Translations under genes and position numbers: made by a program
Assembly (NCBI GenBank): GCA_017621415.1
Contig: JAGATD010000045.1
Span: 9,270 to 73,269 of the forward strand
DNA from: Clostridia bacterium
Lineage (GTDB): Bacteria > Bacillota > Clostridia > Oscillospirales > CAG-272
DNA length: 64,000 bases
Direction of reading: 5' to 3'
Shown: one piece after another, positions 28,752 through 37,284 of the stretch
Layout of the letters: the number at the start of each line of letters is the position of its first letter
Position numbering within the stretch: position 1 is the first letter of the stretch
Notes under the pieces: model-generated
Database searches by the model: none
What the model saw: only the letters and a program-made list of their open reading frames with translations
What the model was told of the DNA's origin: nothing

Positions 28752-29567
28752 TTCTGCCTTTGCGGGAGTGATTATAGTTGTGCCGGCTAAGTTAAAGCTT
28801 TCACCGTTGTTTACTGTTCTGGAGGCTGTTCCCTCCGCTGTAGTTTCTTCAACATTCCACATTGCTACGCTCTCGTCTGTCGAGTTAGGAGTAATGGTTG
28901 ATTCGAGAGCATACATACCCGAGGAGTACTTGCCGTCGATGGTTGCGTTACCGTCAATGTAAACATAAGCTGTTTCGCTGAGGGTATTTTCAACATTATT
29001 ATTTTCGTTTGTATCTGTGTTAAGTATTGTCTGAAGATAACCCGCTGACTCAAGAAGAGATGCGTAGAAGTTATCCTGAAGCTCGGTTGCATCATCAACG
29101 TAGAGGCGCTTGTTGAGATACTCTGCAACACTGTATCTAACAACAGGGCTGTAAATCTCGGTGTCTACAATATGAGCCTTTGCGTACACTGTTTCGCCGA
29201 TTCTGGCAAGGGGGAAGCCTGCGGTAAAGAAAGCGGGATATGTAACATCATCTGATGTATCTTCTGTGCCCTTGTTATCGGTGTAGCCCTTTTCATAGGT
29301 TGCGCCCTTGTATGCGGTTGCTTCGGGGTTAACGGAGGGGTCCTCAAGGTAGTAGAGGAGCTCAATTACGGCGCCCTCGCCTGCCTTTGTGTGGTCAACC
29401 GCAAACATAACCTTTATAACATCGTTATAGGCTACGTTCTTTAAGGTAATTTCTACCGAGGGAGTCTCGGAGGTTTCGGCGCTAGCGGAAATTCCTACCG
29501 CTGCGGCTATTATAACAACCAGCGCTAAAGAGAGAGTTATGAGCTTTAAGACTTTTTTGTTTTTCAT
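28059..29567 (-). CDS. Sec-secreted beta-sandwich protein B with C-terminal LamG-like module
   Basis: Signal peptide ...GISASA/ETS and the shared YSVAEYLNKRLY region. The C-terminal ~230 aa closely match modules 5 and 6 of giant B. Confidence 0.8.
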   Translation of the reverse strand: MKNKKVLKLITLSLALVVIIAAAVGISASAETSETPSVEITLKNVAYNDVIKVMFAVDHTKAGEGAVIELLYYLEDPSVNPEATAYKGATYEKGYTDNKGTEDTSDDVTYPAFFTAGFPLARIGETVYAKAHIVDTEIYSPVVRYSVAEYLNKRLYVDDATELQDNFYASLLESAGYLQTILNTDTNENNNVENTLSETAYVYIDGNATIDGKYSSGMYALESTITPNSTDESVAMWNVEETTAEGTASRTVNNGESFNLAGTTIITPAKAEAGNYYELLGGNNFQSSIGYSAVSGVSSLYSMDDFVYYNASKGSTAATATGSRTQVITDGDDKYLLMYKHQNVNSTDMYFKKQTDATGNCIVFETDIMLSSTSVTADKTGIYLFLSSNYNNQNQNPIRNAEIAITAKAVDGAFSHYSLADGTRIDANKWYTLTMEYYTDANVVKYYIGGACFATISNFAPTSEMNYFGAFITKWDVYSVSIYFDNTVFKAINKTYVAEPAE

Positions 29568-29598
29568 TTTTATTTTTTCCTTTCAGTTAAATAATAAT

Positions 29599-29727
29599 TT
29601 AAGTGGTCCACGAATCGTCAACAACACCGCCATCTTCCTCAAAAGGCGTTGACGTTTGGATAACATCCTTGTTATCCATAAAGATAAGTTGAAGCTCTGC
29701 TTTTTTGTAGATTAACTTATTATCCAT
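29599..29727 (-). CDS. conserved micro-ORF B (42 aa), below the ORF-track cutoff
   Basis: Hand translation gives MDNKLIYKKAELQLIFMDNKDVIQTSTPFEEDGGVVDDSWTT*. AAAGGAAAG sits 2 nt before the ATG. It lies 31 nt upstream of the secreted-protein gene. Confidence 0.6.
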   Translation of the reverse strand: MDNKLIYKKAELQLIFMDNKDVIQTSTPFEEDGGVVDDSWTT

Positions 29728-29773
29728 AGCTTTCCTTTCTGCGGAATTTTTCCGCGTTATTTTATTTTTGCTT

Positions 29774-31063
29774 TTATTTTGTGGGTCTTTTTAAGGCTGC
29801 GAGAAATTTGTCATATGCATTCGGAGAGAAGAGAGGAATTTTGTAATCCTCAAGCTCAAGGGCGCGGAACATAAACGCAACAGTTCCCGTAGAGCAAATG
29901 CCGTTTGCGTTTATATCACCCTCGTTTGTTCCGAAGATTGCCACAGGCATTCCCTGGCTTGTACCTGAGGTGTTATTTTCGCAATAGGAGAAGCAGCCCT
30001 CCTTTTTCTTAAAGATTTTCACCTTTCTCGCGGTTGACCTTATTGCCTCGGGAGCTGCAAGAAGAAGCTCCTTCGAAATCTCGTCTGCCTTAGCTTTTCC
30101 CTCATCTCCGCCAAAATTGCGCAAATCGAGGAGTATGTTATGTATAGAGAACCAGTTGTTGTAGGTGGTACAGACGTGTATGGGGTGGTCGGTGCTGTTT
30201 ATGCACTCAAGGCAGGTTCTTACCGCCTTTTCAACATGGGGTACGGAATGACCCACTGACCTATAGAAGCAGGAAATTTTAAGAAATGCGTTTATTGAAT
30301 CATATCCGCCTGTTTTTCCCCAAAGTCCTGTCTCGGGGTCCTGGATGCTGTTAAGGAATTTTACCGCAACGTCGCCAAGGCCTGCCGCTTTTACCTGGGT
30401 TGCCTGAGCCGCCATACGGTTACCCGACCAGTACTCTCTGTGGTCCCAGTCATAGGATTTAAGATGCTCCATAAAGGCTTCCTCAGAGAGGAGATAATCG
30501 GGGAGAACATTTTCCGCTGTATCGTTACCGACCTTTTCCTCTTTGGTTTTTCTCAGCCTCTCGTTTGCTGTCGGGTACGGGAGCTTGAAGTTAAACTTAT
30601 CTGCCATATCCTCAGCCCACATAAGGTCTCTGCCCCGTCTTGCAAGCTTGGTATCGGTGTATTCCTTGCCCCACTGGGGGTGATAGAAATATCCTGTCTC
30701 GGGGTCCTCGCAGGAGCAGATAAACTCTGCCATTTTGTCTCTCATCCATGAGGGGACTTCATCAAAGGAGCTTATCATTTTTGAGCTTTGTAAAAAGTTT
30801 GTTGCCTGCTCGGTGCTCTCGATATCGGGGAGGAGCTTACTTACCCTTCCATCGTACTCTATCTCTTCGTTATCTCTTGCCGATTCGGAAAAATAGAAGC
30901 CGCCTATGTCGGGGTCATAAAGGCTCGCCAGCCACTCAACGGCACCGTCATCAAAGTTTGAATAAAGCTCCTTGATAGCTGCGACAACCTCTCTGCCGTC
31001 TCCGCCGCGTCTGTTTACTTCGGCTTCAAGGGCTTGCCATTTTTCCTCATAAAAATTGTTCAT
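29774..31063 (-). CDS. signal-less alpha/alpha-toroid-like protein B
   Basis: Same motif set (LYDPDIGGFYFS, LPDIESTEQ, GYFYHPQWG, RRGRDLMWA, GLWGK, EGCFSY, EGDINAN). The start was set to the ATG at 31063 (MNNFYEEKWQAL, GAAGGAAAT upstream) by analogy with the 416-aa paralog. Confidence 0.8.
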   Translation of the reverse strand: MNNFYEEKWQALEAEVNRRGGDGREVVAAIKELYSNFDDGAVEWLASLYDPDIGGFYFSESARDNEEIEYDGRVSKLLPDIESTEQATNFLQSSKMISSFDEVPSWMRDKMAEFICSCEDPETGYFYHPQWGKEYTDTKLARRGRDLMWAEDMADKFNFKLPYPTANERLRKTKEEKVGNDTAENVLPDYLLSEEAFMEHLKSYDWDHREYWSGNRMAAQATQVKAAGLGDVAVKFLNSIQDPETGLWGKTGGYDSINAFLKISCFYRSVGHSVPHVEKAVRTCLECINSTDHPIHVCTTYNNWFSIHNILLDLRNFGGDEGKAKADEISKELLLAAPEAIRSTARKVKIFKKKEGCFSYCENNTSGTSQGMPVAIFGTNEGDINANGICSTGTVAFMFRALELEDYKIPLFSPNAYDKFLAALKRPTK

Positions 31064-31116
31064 TGGTATTTCCTTCTTTCTTTTTGCGATCATTTTCGCA
31101 CTTGACCGCGGTGGTG

Positions 31117-31142
31117 CCTGCCGTGCCGTATGACACGGCAGG
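31117..31142 (-). other. 9-bp GC-rich intergenic stem-loop
   Basis: CCTGCCGTG/CACGGCAGG in the gap after the giant B stop codon. Confidence 0.5.
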
Positions 31143-31153
31143 CTTAAATTTAA

Positions 31154-34100
31154 TTATTCTGCGGGGGGTGTTTCAGACTCTGAGGTGTAGGTTTTGTCTA
31201 TTGCCTTGTAAACTACGTTGTCGAAATGAATAGAAACCGAATAAAACTCCCATTTTGATACATAAGCTCCAAAATAATCCATCTCACTTGCCGGTTCAAA
31301 ATCGTTGATAGTGGCAAAGCAAGTGCCGTTAAGATAATATTTTACAATATTCGAGTCGGTATAATATTCCATCGTCAGAGTGTACCATGTGTCTGCATCG
31401 AGACGGGTACCGTCGCTAAGCTCGTAATGAGAGAAGACTCCGTCAACAGCTTTTGCCGTAATAGCCATTTCTGCATTTCTCGTAGGAGCAGTTCCCGTAT
31501 TGTTATAGCTGCTTGCCAAGAAAAGATAAATACCCGTTTTATCTGCCGTAACACTCGTAGAACTGAGCTTTATATCCGTCTCAAATACAATACAGTTGCC
31601 TACGGTATCTGACTGCTTCTTGAAATACATATCTGACCAAGCGACATTTTGATGCTTATACATAAGGAGATGTTTATTACCGGCATCAGTATCGAGAATA
31701 GTGTAATTTGAACCATCCTTTTTATATGTGTTGCCCTTGTTTGTATTGTAATATACAAGTCCGTCAAGTGTCTGATATCCGCTGCCGCCGGTTACGTATC
31801 CTGAGGAATTTGTGAAATTAAGTCCGCCGAGAGCCTCATAATAATTTTCGGGCTCCTCGGGCACAGGCTCCTTTTCCTCTTCTGAAATCTCCTCTGACAC
31901 ATAAACAACATTATCAAGGCTTACCGTGGGAGCTACCGCATTATTATCCATAAAGATTCCGAAATAGGGCATTTCTGTTTCGGTATCGAGAGTATCGGTG
32001 TCGTAGCACACACCGTTAATATAATACTTAACGGTATTTGTATCGGTATAATACTCAACGGTTACGGTATACCACTTCTCAGCCTCTACCTTTTGGCCGA
32101 GGAACTCATAATGGGTGAACGCGCCGTCGGTTGCCTTAGCAACAAAGATTCTCGCCGCGTTTCTTGTGGGAGCGGTGGTTGACGCATTGTAATTGCTTGC
32201 AAAGAACAGAGCAGGACCGTTAGCATCCTTAGAGCAAATCACCGCGCTAAGCTTAATATCGGCTTCGAATACGTAACAGTTACCTGTCTTGTCATTTTGC
32301 AGCTTGAAGTACATATCCGACCAGCTGGTGTTTCTTGTCATTGTAAGAATTTTGTTTGTGCCGTCGGTTCCAAGAATAACGTAATTCTTTCCTGCGTTGC
32401 TAAATGTATAACCCTTTGATGCATTGTAATATACAAGTCCGTCGAGTGTCTGACATCCGCTGCCGCCCGACACAAAGCCTGTTGAGCCTGTGAAGCCAAG
32501 ACCGCCAAATCCTTCGTAGTACTTTCCTGGAGCTGCCAACGAGGAATCAATGCTGGGCTTATCCAAAGGAGTAGCGGGAGTCTCGGGAGTGGTGGGAGTA
32601 GAGGTTGTCAGCTCATCATCCTTAAGTGTGAGGGTAGACTTGTAGAGAGATACGTTGTCAAGCATCACAATACCGTCGGTTGAGGTATAAGAGCTGACGC
32701 GCGCCTGTGTGATGTCGGTTTTCGGAACAGCCACATTATCGGGCGCTGTCTTGCCGTAGAAGTTGTCACTTACCAGGATAAGCTCGTTATTAACATAGGT
32801 CTTTGCTCTTACGGTTTCCGCATCGCCGAAGTAATATTCAATCTTGATATTAAACCAAGTGGCTTCCGCAACACCCGTATTAACTCCAATACCCCAAATT
32901 CTGCCGGGAACCGCCTGGCTTGATGCGCCTGAAATATCGCCAAGCCACAGTGTTCCGTCTTTAAAGGTCACTGTCAGAAGATACACGAAATTATTATTAT
33001 CGCCTGTGAGATAAATCTCATAAAATGTATCCTTGTAGGTGTTGTAATCGATGTACAGGTCAGCTTCAAATACAACAGCGTTACCCTTGGCTGCCTTGTT
33101 CGCCATATCAAAGTAGATAGCATCCTGCGCGCCTGTAAGGGTTGTGAAGGCTAGGGCCTTTGAATACACCTCGTTAAATATTTCAACTATCTTGAGATTT
33201 GCTCCTGTGCTCTTTAGGCTTGTTGTAATTCCCGAGGGGATATTTCCTGTAGACGAATGCTCAAAGGTGAGCTTTTCCGCTCCGTCCTCTTTGTTTTGTC
33301 CGTCGGTCTTTTCTTCCTCGTAGAACTTGTTGTAGCTTTCTATTATTATGTTGTCAAACAAGGTATCAGCGCTTCCCTCTACTGAGGAAATCAGAAGCTC
33401 TTTTATGCCGTTTTTCGCATTTTTCTCACTGTACTGAAGGCTGCTTATTGCTACGCACTCGCCGTCTAGATAAATGTTAGCAGTATCCTTTTCTGCAAAG
33501 TATTCAATGCCAAGCTTCACAGCGCTTCCCTTGCCGAATGAAGCAAGAGGAGTTTCATATGCTTTGCCTTCGGTCACCTCGTGAATACCGACGCTGTCGC
33601 CTGAGGTAATAAGGTCATAGCAAAGAACGGTATTGCCGTTTGCATCCTTAAAGGCTATTCTGTATTTAACACCGTCAGAGGCATTCTTAGGTACTGTTAT
33701 TTCAGCCTCGAACAAGAATGCTGAAAGAATTACACTTCTTTCATTAACGGGAATAGATATAGCCGAGCCGGTATCTGCAAGCTCCAGCTTTCCGTCCTTT
33801 ATTTCCGCGCCGCCGCTTAACACAACACCCTCAGAGAGTGAAGAGTCAAAGCCGTGAACTGTTTGACCAACCTGGGGCTGAACAGCAGCATTAAAGGAAT
33901 CTATGTTACGTTCTACCTTAAGATTATCTATGTAAATAAGCGATGAAACAGAGGCGGAATTTACTATTTCCACTTCTCCTACGTTCCAAAGGTTTGAAAC
34001 ACTCGAGCAAAGCGATGTGTTTGTTGCAAGCAGGATATCATCAACATAGATAAGAGCTGCCAAAACATCTCTGTAATACTTAATCATAAGCTTTTTCTCT

Positions 34101-37100
34101 TCGCCGAGAGGAATCTTTATACCGTCAACTATATCAAGCGCAACTCCGTTTGGAGCTTCGATAAGAGTGAGATATTTGTTTCCGGACTCCTCGACCACCT
34201 TAAACTGCATACGCATAATCGAGGGGGCTGCAGTTATATCTCTTCTCAGTATAATTTCGGCTACTGTACCTACCTCGGTGGACTTATCCACTAGGATGTC
34301 AGCGCTTATGATGGCGCAGTTTGCGCCCTTTGTACGAAGATTTACGGGAATGTCCAGAGTGTACCCGCTGCCTTTTGCACCGCTAAGCTTAAGCGCCTTG
34401 TCAACCGCGCCGTTAGTACCTGTAATCTCGGCTATATCAACCGAGCCGCCGCTTTCGGTAACTGTTATTCCCTCGGGGTAATTCTTTCCTGTCTCTTGCT
34501 TTTCAAAGTCGAAGATAAGCTCATCTTTGTCGGGGGGATCAACATTAAAGGCAGGCTGATTATTTATATCAAGAGCCGGAGTATACTGAAGGTTTGATTT
34601 ATACGAAACCACATTGTCCATCAGCACCTTGGCATTATAATCACTCATAACAAGGAACTGAGAATATGTAAAGTAGGAAGACGGAACACCTGCTCCGGTA
34701 AGCTTTTTACCCGTAGAATCGTAGTAGTTATCGCTGACAGCCATAAGCTTATTGTCAACATAAATCTTTATACGAACTGTCTCATGGTCGCCGGGGTAAT
34801 ACTCTATCTTAAGGTTGAACCACTCACCAAGGGGCGCCGAGAAGCGAAGATCCTGGTCCTTTGAGGTTTTCCAGCTCTGAGAAGAGGAATCTCCAAACCA
34901 GACCTTGTCACCGGAAACCGTTACCGTCAGCATATAGGCTCTGTCAAGCAGAATCTGCGCGAAATACGCCTTATCTGTTGAAGAATCTATAAGTATATCC
35001 GCCTGGAAGGTATAGCAGTTTGCCGAAAGATTCAGGCTCTTGCAATTAACATTTACCTGGTCTCCGCCGCCCTTGTATGAGGTGAGCTCAATAACATTGT
35101 TGCCCGCTTTTTTCGGGTCTTCAACTACCTCTACCTTTCCGCTTGAGCGCACAACATAGGGAACGTCGGGGTTGCCAAGAGGCTGCCAGAGAGCCTCGTC
35201 CTCAAAGTCTATAATCTCAGGCGCCGGCTCCTCGTCTTTAATAATAGGACCGAGCTCCTCTATAACCGAAAGGAATGTAAACAGCTCTGCCTTACCGAAA
35301 AGCGGAGGTCTCTCAAGTCCCAAAACCGAGAACATATGGTTTGCGACACCATTTACGCAAATAACCGTTGAGTTTACGTCACCCTCGTTTGTGTTGGGGA
35401 GAGCAACCTGCATTCCCTGGCTTGTTTGGCAGGATGCATGCTCTGTATACGAGAATGAGCCGTCATCCTTTTTAAATATAGATACCTGCTCCATTGTTCT
35501 CTTTATTGAAACGGGAGCATTCTGAATAAGCCTTGCTCTGATATCGCTTATGGTTTTTGCCGTTTGGGAAGAATCTTTACTGTTGTATGTAAGGTTATCA
35601 AAGAGAAGATCCACTGCGTACCACGCGTTGTAAGGGTAGCATACGTGTACCGCCCTTTCGTCACAGGTTATGGACTCTATTGCGGATTCGCAGGCGGCAA
35701 GAGCATTGGGGAACTCAAGACCGCATCTGTTATAGAGGTCAACGATTTTAAGAAGACCGTTTACTCCGTCAAAGAGGTGATAGCCGTACTCCCCTTTTTC
35801 AACCCAATACCACATTCCGTTCTTGGGGTTCTGGTTTTCGAGAAGCCACTCCTCAAGTATTGCGACAAGAGAATAGCCCTTGCCCTGCTCCTTAAGCTGC
35901 TTATCACGGTAAACAAACTGCTCTGACTGAGCGGTAAGTGTGTTTCCTACAGCGTAAGAATTGCCACGTATGTCAAGAGTAGCAAGATATTCTTTAAAGG
36001 TTATGTCGCTCACAAGATGAGGAGCAACATAATCGCTGTCGGCAACCGAAACAACCTTTGATACGGCAGCCGCCTTTGATGAGCCGAGCCTTGATGTCAG
36101 CTTTGATGCCTCGGAGACACCGCCGTCAACTCTTGAGCCGTCTGCCTTAATGCCGTCGCCCTCTACTCCTGTAGGGGTATCATATGTAGGAGCTGAGCCG
36201 CAAACTCTGAGAATTGACAGAGCATGGCCCATATCTCTTCCTCGGCGGCTGAGCTTTGTATCTGTCAGGTCCTTAGGCCACTGGGGGTGATAAAAATATC
36301 CGTTAGGGTCCTGGAGCGACTTTGCGAAATATACAAGCTTTGCTTTCATTTCGTCAGGAATAACACTTCCCCAAGAGCTGCCCTCTATCATTCCGGAGGT
36401 TTCAAGGAAGCCTAAAGCCTGACCAGTTGTTTCAAGGTCTGCGCCGTAGCCGTGGGTATTACGTCCCGAGTTTGAATAATAGAAGCCTCCGCTTACAGGG
36501 TCATAGAGGTTGGCAAGCCAGGTAACAACGTCGGATGAATACATTGAATAGTATTCTCTTATCGCCGCAACAACCTCTTTGCCAAGCTCGCCGCCAATCT
36601 GCGCTTCAATACGGGCATAGGCTTCCTCGCGTTTTTGGTCATCCAATGCCTTCTGAGTTACCAGGGGGTCTACCGCATTGCTTGCTACAACTCCGTCTTT
36701 CAGAATAAGCGTTGATGCGGGAGCTATATACTCATCCGAAAGAAGTGTAACAGCTACCTGCAGCGCTGAATTTATGCCGAATTTATCAGCATCATAGGCA
36801 ATGGCTACCGAGCCGCCCGAGGCATAAATAACATATCCTACATCGGTCTCGTTTTCTTTATCCAATCTGCTAAGCTTCTTGTAAGCTTCCTCGGAAATCG
36901 GTCTGTTTGTTTTTCCCACAACTATTTCGTGCGCCTTTTTCTCAGAGCTGTCACTTACTATTGTGGGAAGAGTTTTTTCAAGATGAAGCGACAACGCATA
37001 GTGAATATCATTAAGTTTATTTATGCTTTCACTGTTAAACTCGCTGCCATACACTATCTGAACGGCGCTATTAGGGTCATATATAAGGCTTTCGCCTGCT

Positions 37101-37213
37101 TGAAGCTGTCCTGTTACGTCGTCTGTAGATGACTGACCGTCACCTGTTTTACAGGAAAACAGCAAGGACGATACAAGCAATACTAAAATAGCGATAGTTA
37201 AATTTCTTTTCAT
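31154..37213 (-). CDS. giant lipoprotein B: N-terminal alpha/beta domain + alpha/alpha-toroid-like domain + 6 LamG/ConA-like modules
   Basis: Lipobox SLLFS-C. The toroid spans roughly aa 190-655. Six modules each end in an (I/V)Y(V/L/I)(D/N)(N/G/D)...DN(V/I/L) signature. Confidence 0.85.
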   Translation of the reverse strand: MKRNLTIAILVLLVSSLLFSCKTGDGQSSTDDVTGQLQAGESLIYDPNSAVQIVYGSEFNSESINKLNDIHYALSLHLEKTLPTIVSDSSEKKAHEIVVGKTNRPISEEAYKKLSRLDKENETDVGYVIYASGGSVAIAYDADKFGINSALQVAVTLLSDEYIAPASTLILKDGVVASNAVDPLVTQKALDDQKREEAYARIEAQIGGELGKEVVAAIREYYSMYSSDVVTWLANLYDPVSGGFYYSNSGRNTHGYGADLETTGQALGFLETSGMIEGSSWGSVIPDEMKAKLVYFAKSLQDPNGYFYHPQWPKDLTDTKLSRRGRDMGHALSILRVCGSAPTYDTPTGVEGDGIKADGSRVDGGVSEASKLTSRLGSSKAAAVSKVVSVADSDYVAPHLVSDITFKEYLATLDIRGNSYAVGNTLTAQSEQFVYRDKQLKEQGKGYSLVAILEEWLLENQNPKNGMWYWVEKGEYGYHLFDGVNGLLKIVDLYNRCGLEFPNALAACESAIESITCDERAVHVCYPYNAWYAVDLLFDNLTYNSKDSSQTAKTISDIRARLIQNAPVSIKRTMEQVSIFKKDDGSFSYTEHASCQTSQGMQVALPNTNEGDVNSTVICVNGVANHMFSVLGLERPPLFGKAELFTFLSVIEELGPIIKDEEPAPEIIDFEDEALWQPLGNPDVPYVVRSSGKVEVVEDPKKAGNNVIELTSYKGGGDQVNVNCKSLNLSANCYTFQADILIDSSTDKAYFAQILLDRAYMLTVTVSGDKVWFGDSSSQSWKTSKDQDLRFSAPLGEWFNLKIEYYPGDHETVRIKIYVDNKLMAVSDNYYDSTGKKLTGAGVPSSYFTYSQFLVMSDYNAKVLMDNVVSYKSNLQYTPALDINNQPAFNVDPPDKDELIFDFEKQETGKNYPEGITVTESGGSVDIAEITGTNGAVDKALKLSGAKGSGYTLDIPVNLRTKGANCAIISADILVDKSTEVGTVAEIILRRDITAAPSIMRMQFKVVEESGNKYLTLIEAPNGVALDIVDGIKIPLGEEKKLMIKYYRDVLAALIYVDDILLATNTSLCSSVSNLWNVGEVEIVNSASVSSLIYIDNLKVERNIDSFNAAVQPQVGQTVHGFDSSLSEGVVLSGGAEIKDGKLELADTGSAISIPVNERSVILSAFLFEAEITVPKNASDGVKYRIAFKDANGNTVLCYDLITSGDSVGIHEVTEGKAYETPLASFGKGSAVKLGIEYFAEKDTANIYLDGECVAISSLQYSEKNAKNGIKELLISSVEGSADTLFDNIIIESYNKFYEEEKTDGQNKEDGAEKLTFEHSSTGNIPSGITTSLKSTGANLKIVEIFNEVYSKALAFTTLTGAQDAIYFDMANKAAKGNAVVFEADLYIDYNTYKDTFYEIYLTGDNNNFVYLLTVTFKDGTLWLGDISGASSQAVPGRIWGIGVNTGVAEATWFNIKIEYYFGDAETVRAKTYVNNELILVSDNFYGKTAPDNVAVPKTDITQARVSSYTSTDGIVMLDNVSLYKSTLTLKDDELTTSTPTTPETPATPLDKPSIDSSLAAPGKYYEGFGGLGFTGSTGFVSGGSGCQTLDGLVYYNASKGYTFSNAGKNYVILGTDGTNKILTMTRNTSWSDMYFKLQNDKTGNCYVFEADIKLSAVICSKDANGPALFFASNYNASTTAPTRNAARIFVAKATDGAFTHYEFLGQKVEAEKWYTVTVEYYTDTNTVKYYINGVCYDTDTLDTETEMPYFGIFMDNNAVAPTVSLDNVVYVSEEISEEEKEPVPEEPENYYEALGGLNFTNSSGYVTGGSGYQTLDGLVYYNTNKGNTYKKDGSNYTILDTDAGNKHLLMYKHQNVAWSDMYFKKQSDTVGNCIVFETDIKLSSTSVTADKTGIYLFLASSYNNTGTAPTRNAEMAITAKAVDGVFSHYELSDGTRLDADTWYTLTMEYYTDSNIVKYYLNGTCFATINDFEPASEMDYFGAYVSKWEFYSVSIHFDNVVYKAIDKTYTSESETPPAE

Positions 37214-37284
37214 TTTTTGTCTCCTTTGTCTGTCTCTTATGAGGTTGCCTTAATGCAACACGGCTATCTTTTACTCTTTCAGCT

